A stretch of 39,283 bases of DNA from a candidate division WOR-3 bacterium (GTDB lineage Bacteria > Hydrothermota > Tepidihabitantia > Tepidihabitantales > Tepidihabitantaceae). This document shows, piece by piece, positions 8,239 to 17,180 of the stretch (its first letter is position 1; each line of letters begins with the position of its first letter). The stretch covers positions 1 to 39,283 of the forward strand of contig CBFGJV010000021.1 in assembly GCA_965649205.1 (NCBI GenBank), in the 5' to 3' direction. A program made the translations under genes and the position numbers. Under the pieces are notes generated by a model. That model did not search any database. It worked only from the letters and a program-made list of their open reading frames with translations, and had not been told where the DNA came from.

Positions 8239-8700
8239 GTGAAAAAAATCGTAGTTTACTATAGCAAGTACGGTTCCACCGCAGACTATGCGCGCTGGCT
8301 GGCAGAGGCAAGCGGAGCAGAAGTTATGTCGTTGGCTGAGGCAAAGCATCTGAACCTTTCTGGCTACGACCGCATTGTCTTCGGCTGTCCCTACTATGCT
8401 TTTCGTCTCAAGATAGCCGGATTCGTCAAACAGTGATTACCCAGGCTGACAGGCAAGAAGGTCGGCTTTTTTGCAGTTGGAGGCGAGGAACCGACCAGTC
8501 CTGACTGCCGCAAGATATACGACAAGACCTTCTGTGAGAAGGAGCGTGCGGCTATGCAGTTCTGGTATTTGCCCGGCCGCATTGTTCTGGCGCGAATGAA
8601 GCCTCTGGACCGGATGATAATGAGAATAATGAGAGCCAAAGACTTTGACCGCACAGACCGCAGCGCCCTGGCTCCCCTTATCAGCTTTCTGAGCGACTGA
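8239..8700 (+). pseudogene. Flavodoxin (Flavodoxin_5/HemG-like) interrupted by an in-frame TGA at 8434-8436
   Basis: RBS AAAGGAG and GTG start. 'IVVYYSKYGSTADYARWLAE...YDRIVFGCPYYAFRL..AGFVKQ*LPRLTGKKVGFFAVGG...WYLPGRI...MKPLDRMIMRIM..KDFDRTDRSALAPLISFL'. Family resemblance continues in frame for 87 codons past the stop. Confidence 0.8.
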
Positions 8701-8867
8701 GCCGTCCTTCCTGTCGATTTTCATTTCGGGTGGCGGCCAGAAGGCTGGTTGTACCTCCCTCGCTGATTCTAATCTGCTTTCTGTATCAGGCCTGGGCTAT
8801 TTACTGCATTCCCTGTCCAGGAATATGGCCGCAGCGATTCTCGGACACTTCCCTTTTGGCTGTCCGG

Positions 8868-9040
8868 TTGACTGGGGGAGTCGTTCCCCCCTCAGGGGAA
8901 GGAGGAAAAGCGAGCTTAGACTAGGCGGAGTAACTCCATTGGAGCAAGGGTAGTTAGGGCAGGTCCTGGGGGAAAGGTGTGCCTGCAGCGATTTTTCAGG
9001 GATAAACTGACCAGCTTGGTCATATAACCAAATAAAGAGA
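8868..9040 (+). repeat. Dispersed ~170 bp non-coding element, copy A (diverged homolog of 34717-34890)
   Basis: Shares TTGAnTGGGGGAGTCGTTCCCCCC..TC and, about 150 nt later, CTGCrGC...GGATAAwCTG...TGGyCATATAACC...AGAGA in the same order and spacing. Confidence 0.65.
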
Positions 9041-9322
9041 AGCGAAAGTACCTGCCCTGAGGTCTGTTGCAGGACCAGGCTTTTCGGAGCTGAGAAAATC
9101 TGCAGTTTGGGATTGCAAACCAACACCCTGGCCAGATAGGAGCATAACGATACGAGTCGATAGGGCCATACACAGGCTTTATTACTCTGCATCGCGCGAA
9201 AGATAATCTGGTCTAATGACTAAAGATACAAATAACCAGATGGCCGGAGAAGAAAAAGTCCATAAAGTCGCTTTTTCATTCTCTGGCAGGAAAAATGGAA
9301 GGAAGGTGAGTAGAAAAGAAAT

Positions 9323-11875
9323 ATGAAAATGGAATCTTTTACCGAAAGAGCACAGGAGGCATTAGTTTCAGCTCAGTCTATCGCAGAAAGGTTGCAGCAT
9401 AGCGAGCTGGATGCGGAGCATATTCTTCTTGCTCTTCTGGAACAGCCGGAAGGGCTGGTTCCCCAATTGCTAAAAAAGATTGGCGCTGATCCGGTGCAGG
9501 TACAGGAACATGTACGGGTGGCACTGGCCGATAGGCCCAAGGTATCAGGTGGAGATGGCCGACTTTACATGTCGGGCAGGGCACAGCGTGTGCTGGCCAG
9601 AGCTGAGGAGCTGGCTAAGAATTTCAAGGACGAATACATTTCCACTGAACATTTGTTCCTGGCCATTGGGGAGTTGCGGGATGGTGATGTATCCAGGATA
9701 TTCCGCAATTTCGGGATTACCGAATCCAAGGTGCTGGCTGCCTTGAAGGAGCTGCGCGGTTCGCAACGTGTGACTGACCAGGGGGCAGAGGAAAGATACC
9801 AGCCACTGGAAAAGTTTGGCCGGGACATCACGCAGTTAGCCAAAGAAGGAAAGCTGGACCCGGTTATTGGCCGGGACGAGGAAATCAGACGGGTAATTCA
9901 GGTTTTGTCCCGACGTACCAAGAACAACCCAGTGCTTATCGGCGAGGCGGGCGTAGGCAAGACGGCCATCGTGGAAGGTCTGGCCCAGCGCATCGTGCGG
10001 GGAGACGTGCCCGAGTCTCTGCAGGACCGCAAGGTGTTTGCTCTGGATATGGGGGCTTTGATTGCCGGCACCAAGTACCGGGGCGAGTTTGAGAATCGTC
10101 TGAAGGCGGTGCTTAAGGAGGTGGCGGCTTCTGAGGGCCGCATCATTATGTTCATTGATGAATTGCACACCGTAGTAGGCGCGGGCAAGGCACAGGGTGC
10201 GGTGGATGCCGGAAACCTTCTGAAGCCGATGCTGGCGCGGGGCGAGTTGCGCTGTATTGGTGCGACCACTTTGGACGAGTACCGCCAGTACATAGAAAAG
10301 GACAAGGCCCTGGAGCGCAGGTTCCAGCCGGTGTACGTGGACCAGCCAACAGTGGAGGAGACTATCTCTATTCTGCGGGGTTTGAAGGAACGTTACGAAG
10401 TGCACCATGGTGTACAGATTACCGATGCTGCGTTGGTGGCCGCGGCCGTGCTTTCTCATCGCTACATCTCCGATCGTTTTCTGCCGGATAAGGCGATTGA
10501 CCTGGTGGATGAGGCGATGGCCAAGTTGAAGATGGAGATTACTTCCAAGCCGGTGGAACTGGACGAGGTGGACAGGAAATTGATGCAGCTGGAGATGGAA
10601 AAGCTGTCTCTGGCCCGGGACAAGGACGAAGTTTCCCGTAAGCGGCTGGAGGAAATAGAAGAAGAGATAAGCAATCTGAAAGAAGAGCAGAAACGTCTCA
10701 CCGCCCAGTGGGAGGCAGAACGCAGGGAGGTGGAGAAGATATCCCGGCTGCAGGAGGAGATAGAGCGGGTAACAAATGAAATCGAGGCGGCCAAGCGGAA
10801 GTACGACCTGAATCGAGCCGCGGAGCTGGAGTACGGCAAGCTGGTGGAGTTGAAAAAGCAACTGGCAGCATTGCGTGCCAAGGACAAGGGAAACCGGTTG
10901 CTGCGCGAACAGGTGGTGGAAGAGGATATTGCCGAAGTGGTGGCAAAGTGGACCGGCATTCCTGTAAAGAATTTGATGGAGTCAGAGAGGGAGAAGCTGT
11001 TACGGCTGGAAGAAGAGATACACAAGCGGGTCGTAGGTCAGGATGCTGCCGTAGCCGCAGTGGCTAATGCGATTCGGCGCGCTCGAGCTGGCATCGGTGA
11101 CCGCCGACGACCCATAGGCAGCTTTATGTTCTTAGGGCCTACGGGCGTGGGCAAAACAGAGCTGGCCAAAACGCTGGCCCAGGCGCTGTTTGATACCGAA
11201 GAAGCCATGGTGCGCATAGATATGTCCGAGTATGGCGAAAGACACACAGTCTCACGACTTATCGGTGCGCCGCCTGGTTATGTTGGTTTTGAGGAAGGCG
11301 GCCAGTTGACCGAGGCGGTCAGACGCAGGCCTTACCGGGTGGTGCTGCTGGACGAAATTGAGAAGGCGCATGCCGATGTATTCAACGTGCTCTTGCAAAT
11401 TCTGGATGATGGCCGGTTGACCGATGGACACGGCCGGACGGTGGACTTCAAAAATACCATAATCATTATGACTTCCAATCTGGGTACCGAGCTGGCCCGG
11501 GGCGGCAGGCAGGATAGAGAGGAACTGATGGCTTTGCTGCGCCGGAGCTTCCGGCCCGAATTCCTGAACCGGATAGACGAAATAGTGGTATTCAATCCTC
11601 TGAGCCGAGAGGACATCCGCAAGATAGTGGACATACAGCTGGCACGGCTCAAGGATATGTTGACAGAACAGGATATTGAGCTTATAATTGGCCCAGGCGT
11701 GGAGGATATACTAGCAAAAGAGGGTTATGACCCGGAATTCGGGGCACGACCTCTGAAGAGAGTTATCCAGCAACGGCTTGAGAACCCCATTGCTCTTCTG
11801 GTTCTTGAGCATCGGCCACAGAAAGTTGTAGTCGAAGCAAAAGACGGTAATATAGTAGTAAAGCCGCAAGGCTAA
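9323..11875 (+). CDS. clpB: ATP-dependent chaperone ClpB
   Basis: Clp N-domain, NBD1 '[39 protein letters not shown]', long coiled-coil middle domain with 'RAAELEYG', NBD2 '[16 protein letters not shown]', 'FGARPLKR'. Confidence 0.97.
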   Translation: MKMESFTERAQEALVSAQSIAERLQHSELDAEHILLALLEQPEGLVPQLLKKIGADPVQVQEHVRVALADRPKVSGGDGRLYMSGRAQRVLARAEELAKNFKDEYISTEHLFLAIGELRDGDVSRIFRNFGITESKVLAALKELRGSQRVTDQGAEERYQPLEKFGRDITQLAKEGKLDPVIGRDEEIRRVIQVLSRRTKNNPVLIGEAGVGKTAIVEGLAQRIVRGDVPESLQDRKVFALDMGALIAGTKYRGEFENRLKAVLKEVAASEGRIIMFIDELHTVVGAGKAQGAVDAGNLLKPMLARGELRCIGATTLDEYRQYIEKDKALERRFQPVYVDQPTVEETISILRGLKERYEVHHGVQITDAALVAAAVLSHRYISDRFLPDKAIDLVDEAMAKLKMEITSKPVELDEVDRKLMQLEMEKLSLARDKDEVSRKRLEEIEEEISNLKEEQKRLTAQWEAERREVEKISRLQEEIERVTNEIEAAKRKYDLNRAAELEYGKLVELKKQLAALRAKDKGNRLLREQVVEEDIAEVVAKWTGIPVKNLMESEREKLLRLEEEIHKRVVGQDAAVAAVANAIRRARAGIGDRRRPIGSFMFLGPTGVGKTELAKTLAQALFDTEEAMVRIDMSEYGERHTVSRLIGAPPGYVGFEEGGQLTEAVRRRPYRVVLLDEIEKAHADVFNVLLQILDDGRLTDGHGRTVDFKNTIIIMTSNLGTELARGGRQDREELMALLRRSFRPEFLNRIDEIVVFNPLSREDIRKIVDIQLARLKDMLTEQDIELIIGPGVEDILAKEGYDPEFGARPLKRVIQQRLENPIALLVLEHRPQKVVVEAKDGNIVVKPQG

Positions 11876-11890
11876 CAATCTGAAGACTCT

Positions 11891-11952
11891 GTCGGGAGCG
11901 GGTATCCCTCCTTCCCAACCCACCAAAAACCCCTTGTTTCCCCGCTCCCGAC
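11891..11952 (+). repeat. Perfect 12-bp inverted repeat enclosing a 38-nt C-rich loop with an anti-Shine-Dalgarno motif
   Basis: GTCGGGAGCGGG ... CCCGCTCCCGAC. The loop contains CCCTCCTTCCC at 11906-11916. Confidence 0.7.
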
Positions 11953-11976
11953 GCCATTTTAAGACAGCAGAATAAG

Positions 11977-12010
11977 AAAGCAGCCGAACTTAGGCTACTT
12001 TTTTTTCTTT
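11977..12010 (+). terminator. Probable terminator between convergent clpB and glyQ
   Basis: AAAGcAGCC-gaactta-GGCTaCTTT followed by a long T run. The stem is imperfect. Confidence 0.5.
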
Positions 12011-12064
12011 TGCGGAGTCGGAAGGATGAAAAACGGGGAAAAACGCGAGAAAACTACAGGGGAC

Positions 12065-12958
12065 TTAGCCGGTTGCAGGAGCGGAGCAGTCAGAAGTGGG
12101 AACGGGCTGATCCGCGCTTGCTTTTTTTAGATAGGCGGTGGCGGCCAGCCGGGCCAGACGGCGGACGCGGGCAATATAGTTGGCGCGCTCGGAAACACTG
12201 ATGGAGCCACGCGCTTCCAAGAGGTTGAAGAAATGAGAGCATTTGATGACATGGTCATAGCCGGGATAAACCAGACCCAATCCCAGCAGCCGGCGCGCCT
12301 CTGACTCAAACCGGTCAAATAGTTCCCGGTAAAGAGCCACGTCTGCTTCCTGGAAGTTGAAGGCAGACCATTCTTCCTCATTCTGCCGATATACATCTCC
12401 CCAAGTGAGTTTTTCGTTCCAGCGTACATCAAAAATAGAATGCACGTTCTGCACAAACATTGCAATCCGCTCCAGGCCGTAGGTAAGTTCTACCGGTATG
12501 ACGGGCAGGTCCAGAGAGCCACATTGTTGAAAATAGGTGAACTGAGTGATTTCTATTCCGTTCAGATCAACTTCCCAGCCCAGACCCCATGCACCCAGAG
12601 TAGGAGATTCCCAGTCATCCTCGATGAAGCGGATGTCGTTTTTTTTCAGGTCTATGCCGATGGCTTCCAGGCTGTGCAGATAGCGGTTCTGAATGTCGGC
12701 CGGCACCGGCTTGAGAATAACCTGAAGCTGCCAGAACTGTTGGACGCGGAGAGGATTCTGCGCGTAGCGACCGTCCCGGGGGCGTTTGGAAGGTTCCACA
12801 TATACCACATTCCAGGGCCGGGAATCCAGGACGCGGAGAAAGGTGGCGGGATTGAAGGTGCCGGCACCGACCTCAGAGTTGTAAGGCGCAAGGATGGCGC
12901 AACCTTGCGCAGCCCAGAAGGACTGCAGCCGCTGGACAATTTCCTGCAGGGTCATCAT
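12065..12958 (-). CDS. glyQ: Glycine--tRNA ligase alpha subunit
   Basis: 'EVGAGTFNPATFLR', 'YVEPSKRPRDGRY..NP.R.Q', 'FIEDDWESPTLGAWGLGWEV', 'TQFTYFQQ', 'ELTYGLER', 'KCSHFFNLLEARG.ISVSERANYI.RVR'. Confidence 0.97.
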   Translation of the reverse strand: MMTLQEIVQRLQSFWAAQGCAILAPYNSEVGAGTFNPATFLRVLDSRPWNVVYVEPSKRPRDGRYAQNPLRVQQFWQLQVILKPVPADIQNRYLHSLEAIGIDLKKNDIRFIEDDWESPTLGAWGLGWEVDLNGIEITQFTYFQQCGSLDLPVIPVELTYGLERIAMFVQNVHSIFDVRWNEKLTWGDVYRQNEEEWSAFNFQEADVALYRELFDRFESEARRLLGLGLVYPGYDHVIKCSHFFNLLEARGSISVSERANYIARVRRLARLAATAYLKKASADQPVPTSDCSAPATG

Positions 12959-13500
12959 AGTTCCAGCTCTGAGGCAATCTCCTGCATTGCCCGTAGGCAG
13001 ATGGTGGTGAATTCTTCCAGGGTAAGACCCAGGGAGGAACAGGTGGCTATCTGCTCCCGGTTTGCCCCGGCCGCGAAACGTTTTTCTCCATAGCGGCGCA
13101 AGACAAACTCGGTGTCCACATTGGCAAGCTTTTTCGTCGGATGCATAAGCGCGGCGGCGACAATAAGACCTGTAATCGGGTCTGTGGCATAAAGGGCTTT
13201 ATCTAAGTTTGTTTCGGCCGGTACGGCTGAAACATGAGCGAGAACCGCATGGACTATGTCCGGTTCCAATCCCTGGTTCTGGAGCATTTCTGCGGCCACC
13301 TGACCGTGTCGGGCAGGGTTATCCTTAGTTTCTTCGTAGTCAATGTCATGGAGCAGTCCGGCCAGACCCCACCTTTCTTCGTCTTCGCCCAGCTTACGGG
13401 CCAGGGCCCGCAGGCAGGCTTCAGTAGCCAGCATATGCTTTTGCAGATTACGGTTGGCCACGCGGGCCTGTACCAGTGACCACGCTTCATTTCTGTTCAT
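12955..13500 (-). CDS. HDIG/HD-domain metal-dependent phosphohydrolase
   Basis: 'NLQKHMLATE', 'WGLAGLLHDIDYE', 'RHG', 'AVLAH', 'LYATDPITGLI.A.AL..P.KKL', 'KRFAAGANRE.I'. Confidence 0.88.
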   Translation of the reverse strand: MNRNEAWSLVQARVANRNLQKHMLATEACLRALARKLGEDEERWGLAGLLHDIDYEETKDNPARHGQVAAEMLQNQGLEPDIVHAVLAHVSAVPAETNLDKALYATDPITGLIVAAALMHPTKKLANVDTEFVLRRYGEKRFAAGANREQIATCSSLGLTLEEFTTICLRAMQEIASELEL

Positions 13501-13586
13501 TATGCGAACCTCTCTTTATTTCCGATTGTGCGGATTATAGGTCAGCTCTGCGGTCAAGGCAAGTTTGCTTGCGCCTAGGGGCTTGC

Positions 13587-13614
13587 TTGCCTGTCGTATG
13601 TGCTTGGCTATATT
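13587..13614 (+). promoter_or_regulatory. Putative galE promoter TTGCCT-N16-TATATT (leaderless mRNA)
   Basis: The -10 box ends 6 nt before ATG 13621 and there is no strong SD. Confidence 0.45.
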
Positions 13615-13620
13615 AAAGAG

Positions 13621-14613
13621 ATGCGTGTCCTGGTCACTGGCGGTGCCGGCTACATCGGCTCGGTGATGACAAGACTTTTGCTGGAAGCAGGGCACAGAGT
13701 GACGGTGCTGGATAATCTGTCCTATGGTCATCGTGCTGCAGTTACATCTGGCGCGGAGCTGATAGTAGGAGATATTGGCGATGCAGCTCTGCTGCAGCGC
13801 CTGCTTGAGAACAAACCGGTGTTTGATTGTGTATTGCACTTTGCCGGGTTTATCCGTGTGCCGGAATCGGTGGAGAAACCGGCGCTTTATTTTGAGAATA
13901 ATGTAGCCAAGGGCATTACTCTGCTCCAAGCTCTGGCTCGGGCTGGAACAGGTCGGTTCATATTTTCCTCCACTGCCGCGGTGTATGGCGAGCCAGAAAA
14001 AATACCACTGACAGAGGACGCCGCCCTTCGTCCTGCCAACCCCTACGGCGAGACCAAACTGCTTTTTGAGCAGGTCCTTGACTTCTATGCCCGTTACTGC
14101 GGCTGGCGGTGCGCCTGTCTGCGCTATTTCAATGTCTGCGGTTCATACGCAGGGCTGGGCGAGGACCATCGTCCGGAAACCCATCTTATTCCCCTTCTGC
14201 TGCGTTCGGCGCAGGATCCGGATTACGAGTTTACCATTTTTGGAGACGACTATCCCACTCGCGACGGTACCTGCGTCAGAGACTACATTCACGTTTACGA
14301 TTTGTGTCGCGCTCACCTGCTCGTGCTTGAGGCTATGGAAGAATTTGCCGCGGGCAGGACTGTGGTGTACAACCTGGGTTCAGGTAGGGGATTTACGGTC
14401 AGAGAGGTTGTCGCGGCTGCGGAAAAGGTATTGGGTCGCAAGCTGCGTTATCGCATTGCGGGCCGCCGGCCGGGCGATGCGGCCGTGCTGGTGGCTTCGT
14501 CTGAGAAGATTGAACGCGAGCTGGGTTGGAAGCCGCAGAAGCCTGATCTGGAGACAATGATCAAAGACGCCTGGGAATTCCATTGCCGGTATCCGGCCGG
14601 ATATGCGGAATGA
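13621..14613 (+). CDS. galE: UDP-glucose 4-epimerase
   Basis: 'VLVTGGAGYIGS', 'HFAG.I.V.ESV..P..YF.NNV', 'FSSTAAVYG', YxxxK 'YGETK', 'LRYFNV.G', 'ETHLIP', 'DGTCVRDYIHV', 'RRPGD'. Confidence 0.96.
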   Translation: MRVLVTGGAGYIGSVMTRLLLEAGHRVTVLDNLSYGHRAAVTSGAELIVGDIGDAALLQRLLENKPVFDCVLHFAGFIRVPESVEKPALYFENNVAKGITLLQALARAGTGRFIFSSTAAVYGEPEKIPLTEDAALRPANPYGETKLLFEQVLDFYARYCGWRCACLRYFNVCGSYAGLGEDHRPETHLIPLLLRSAQDPDYEFTIFGDDYPTRDGTCVRDYIHVYDLCRAHLLVLEAMEEFAAGRTVVYNLGSGRGFTVREVVAAAEKVLGRKLRYRIAGRRPGDAAVLVASSEKIERELGWKPQKPDLETMIKDAWEFHCRYPAGYAE

Positions 14614-14633
14614 GAGGGATAAGTGTGCGACAG

Positions 14634-15398
14634 CTACAACCAGGAACCCAGATGACTGAGAGCGCGCTGCAAGCGGCTGATTTCCCGATGGTGCGTCATA
14701 TCCAGATGCAGCGGCGTTACAGAGATGTAGCCGGAGTAAACTGCCTCAAAATCTGATCCTTTGGTTTCAGCAAAAGACATCTCTCCGTCTATGGTATAGG
14801 ATACTCCGCCATCAGGCAGCGAACTCTTGATGGCCATGTCCCGATAGATTCTTCTGCCCAGCCGGGTGACTTTTACTCCTTTTATTTCGCAGGCGGGTAT
14901 GTTTATGTTCAGAAGAGTTTTCCGGGGCAGAATGCCGTCGAGGAGCAGGCCGGTTAGCCGTTGCAGGAAGGCAAGCGCCACATTCCGATTACGTCCCTGC
15001 TCAAGGTAGGATACGGCTACAGCCGGCATTCCGAGCATGGCGCCTTCAATCGCTGCGGCTACTGTTCCGGAATAGAGGACATCGTCCCCCAGATTGGGAC
15101 TGTCATTGATACCAGAGAAGACAAGATCAATGGAACGTTTCAGTATGCCGTGATGAGAAATGAGCAGACAGTCGGTTGGCGTGCCGTGTACGGCGAACCA
15201 GCGCGGACGCAGGCGCCAGACACGGATGGGTTTGCGCAGGCTGAAAGAGTGGCTGGCGGCGGACTGATTGACAGCCGGGGCGACCACATATACCCGTCCC
15301 ATTTTTCTTAGACCCTGATAGAGGTCGCGTAGCCCCGGGGCTTCTATGCCGTCGTCGTTGGAAAGCAGAATGAGCGGTCGGTCTGTTCTTTTGGGCAC
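14634..15398 (-). CDS. surE: 5'/3'-nucleotidase SurE
   Basis: 'ILLSNDDGIEAPGL', 'VVAPAVNQSAASHS', 'GTPTDC', 'SGIN..PNLGDDVLYSGTVAAAIEG', 'GYISVTPL'. The ORF-track N-terminal extension overlaps the tRNA and is spurious; GTG at 15398 chosen. Confidence 0.95.
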   Translation of the reverse strand: MPKRTDRPLILLSNDDGIEAPGLRDLYQGLRKMGRVYVVAPAVNQSAASHSFSLRKPIRVWRLRPRWFAVHGTPTDCLLISHHGILKRSIDLVFSGINDSPNLGDDVLYSGTVAAAIEGAMLGMPAVAVSYLEQGRNRNVALAFLQRLTGLLLDGILPRKTLLNINIPACEIKGVKVTRLGRRIYRDMAIKSSLPDGGVSYTIDGEMSFAETKGSDFEAVYSGYISVTPLHLDMTHHREISRLQRALSHLGSWL

Positions 15399-15406
15399 GG
15401 GCAAGA

Positions 15407-15469
15407 GATATACAGACCGTAACCGTTTTGTCAATCGTGAATTGACACCGTCCCGCAGTCGGCTACAAT
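15407..15469. promoter_or_regulatory. Back-to-back divergent promoters for surE (-) and tRNA-Met (+)
   Basis: Plus strand: TTGACA(15442)-N16-TACAAT(15464). Minus strand: TTGACA(15434-15429)-N16-TATATC. Confidence 0.65.
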
Positions 15470-15569
15470 CACGGCCGGATGGGTAGATAACAACAGCCGG
15501 CAGTCCCGACCAAGAAGTTTGCTGCAATATCTTGCCGGGACTGCGTGGGGCTTTCGGCGCCAGACGCCT

Positions 15570-15642
15570 GGCGGCGTAGCTCAGTTGGCAGAGCAGCAGA
15601 ATCATAATCTGCGTGTCAGGGGTTCAATTCCCTTCGCCGCCA
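15570..15642 (+). tRNA. tRNA-Met(CAT), probably elongator; CCA not encoded
   Basis: Acceptor GGCGGCG/CGCCGCC plus discriminator A. D arm GCTC-AGTTGGCA-GAGC, anticodon stem GCAGA/TCTGC with loop ATCATAA, T arm with GTTCAATTC. The G1:C72 pair and absence of GGG/CCC argue against initiator; Ile2 is not fully excluded. Confidence 0.92.
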
Positions 15643-15740
15643 TTTATTGAAGGTTAGAGCAGCAGGTATTGGCTGCGGTTGAACCGAAGGTCAGTACCGG
15701 GTTGCAGACTACAGGGAAAAACAGAAGAACTGGAGGTAAC

Positions 15741-16670
15741 GTGGGCCTGGAAGAAACCAAGTCTAAGTTCGTCTGGATGAATGGTAAGTACGTGCCCTGG
15801 GAGAATGCCAACATTCATATCTGTTCACATGTAATCCATTATGGCACCGGTGTGTTCGAGGGTATCCGTTGCTACAAGACACCGCAAGGACCGGCTATTT
15901 TCCGGCTGGCCGATCATATAGAGAGGCTTTTTAACTCCGCCAAGATATACCGCATGGACATTCCCTTTACGCAGGAACAGATATGCGCAGCCTGTGTGGA
16001 CCTGGTGAAGAAAAACGAGCTGCAGGAATGCTATATCCGTCCGATTGTTTATCGCGGCTACAAGGAACTGGGTGTGAATCCCTTTGGTTGCCCGGTGGAT
16101 GTGGCGCTTATCGCCTGGTACTGGGGCAAGTATCTGGGACCGGAAGCGCTGGAGCAGGGCGTGGATGTAATGGTGTCTTCCTGGAATCGGATGGCCCCGA
16201 ATACTTTTCCCGCTATGTCCAAGACCTGTGCCAACTATATGAACTCGCAGCTCATCAAGATGGAGGCCATCAAGTACGGTTTTGTGGAAGGTATTGCCCT
16301 GGATGTGAATGGCTTTCTTTCCGAAGGTTCGGGCGAGAACCTTTTTGTGGTGCACAAGGGTGTGATTCATACCCCTCCGCTGCACGCCACCATTCTGCCG
16401 GGTATTACGCGTCATACCATTATCACCCTGGCCAGAGAAATGGGGATTCCTGTGGTGGAAACGATGATGTTGCGGGAAATGCTGTATATCGCCGACGAGG
16501 TGTTCTTCACCGGCAGTGCAGCTGAGGTCACGCCGATTCGTTCGATAGACAAGATTACCATCGGTACGGGAAAGTGTGGGCCCGTTACTCGGCGCCTGCA
16601 GGAAGCGTTCTTTTCCATTATCGAATGCAAGCGTGAAGACAAGTACGGCTGGTTGACCTTTGTTCGCTAG
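15741..16670 (+). CDS. ilvE: Branched-chain amino acid aminotransferase
   Basis: GGAGG RBS and GTG start. '[13 protein letters not shown]', 'YIRP', 'K...NYMNSQL', 'SEGSGENLF', 'ILPGITR', '[16 protein letters not shown]'. Confidence 0.95.
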   Translation: MGLEETKSKFVWMNGKYVPWENANIHICSHVIHYGTGVFEGIRCYKTPQGPAIFRLADHIERLFNSAKIYRMDIPFTQEQICAACVDLVKKNELQECYIRPIVYRGYKELGVNPFGCPVDVALIAWYWGKYLGPEALEQGVDVMVSSWNRMAPNTFPAMSKTCANYMNSQLIKMEAIKYGFVEGIALDVNGFLSEGSGENLFVVHKGVIHTPPLHATILPGITRHTIITLAREMGIPVVETMMLREMLYIADEVFFTGSAAEVTPIRSIDKITIGTGKCGPVTRRLQEAFFSIIECKREDKYGWLTFVR

Positions 16671-16678
16671 CTTGCTGG

Positions 16679-17119
16679 ATGCTTATTGCCTTCGGCTCGG
16701 ACCATCGCGGTTTCCGTCTGAAGGAAAAGCTGAAGGCGGCGGTTGAACGTCTGGGACACAAGGTAGAAGACTGCGGCACATACTCACCCGATCCTGCCGA
16801 TTATCCGGACTACGCCCGGTTAGTCGCCAACAATGTGGCTACTCGCCGGGCCGAGCGAGGGATTCTCATCTGCGCTACCGGCATAGGTATGTCTATCGCG
16901 GCTAACCGGGTAGCGGGTGTGCGTGCCGCTTTGTGCGATTCCGTGTGGCTGGCGCGGCGTTCCCGTCTGCATAACGATGCGAACGTTCTTTGTCTGGGCG
17001 CAGAGGTGGTTACAGCCAAACAGGCAGAACGTATCGTCCGGGTCTGGCTGGTTACAGAGTTTGAAGGGGGAAGACACGCCCGGCGGCTGCGTAAGCTTGA
17101 GCAGAATTGCCGGGAGTAG
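16679..17119 (+). CDS. rpiB: Ribose-5-phosphate isomerase B
   Basis: 'GSDHRG', 'DYPDYA', 'GILICATGIGMSIAANRV.GVRAA', 'R.HNDANVLCLG', 'FEGGRHARR'. Confidence 0.96.
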   Translation: MLIAFGSDHRGFRLKEKLKAAVERLGHKVEDCGTYSPDPADYPDYARLVANNVATRRAERGILICATGIGMSIAANRVAGVRAALCDSVWLARRSRLHNDANVLCLGAEVVTAKQAERIVRVWLVTEFEGGRHARRLRKLEQNCRE

Positions 17120-17180
17120 CGTCAGTTTCTCTTTCCGGTATAACTTTACTTTATCCGCTGGTCAGGGATAATCGGGCCTG

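Noticed and set aside
8434..8436. Genome-wide UGA reassignment
   Set aside because: TGA terminates many clearly complete genes here (galE, permease, DHS-like, ABC subunit), so the standard bacterial code applies.
9200..9322. CtsR, HrcA (CIRCE) or HspR operator upstream of clpB
   Set aside because: AAGTCCATAAAGTCGC only loosely resembles a CtsR heptad repeat and has the wrong period. No CIRCE or HAIR inverted repeat is present.
9836..10861. Long antisense ORFs (341 aa opposite clpB, 286 aa at 32148-33008, 217 aa opposite glyQ and others)
   Set aside because: Shadow frames of well-conserved genes in GC-rich DNA, with no motifs or RBS.
15399..15605. N-terminal extension of surE in the ORF track (likewise the extensions of nikR, galE, ilvE and the ABC subunits)
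   Set aside because: These overlap the tRNA, promoters or upstream genes and lie before the family-conserved N-termini. Downstream starts fit better.
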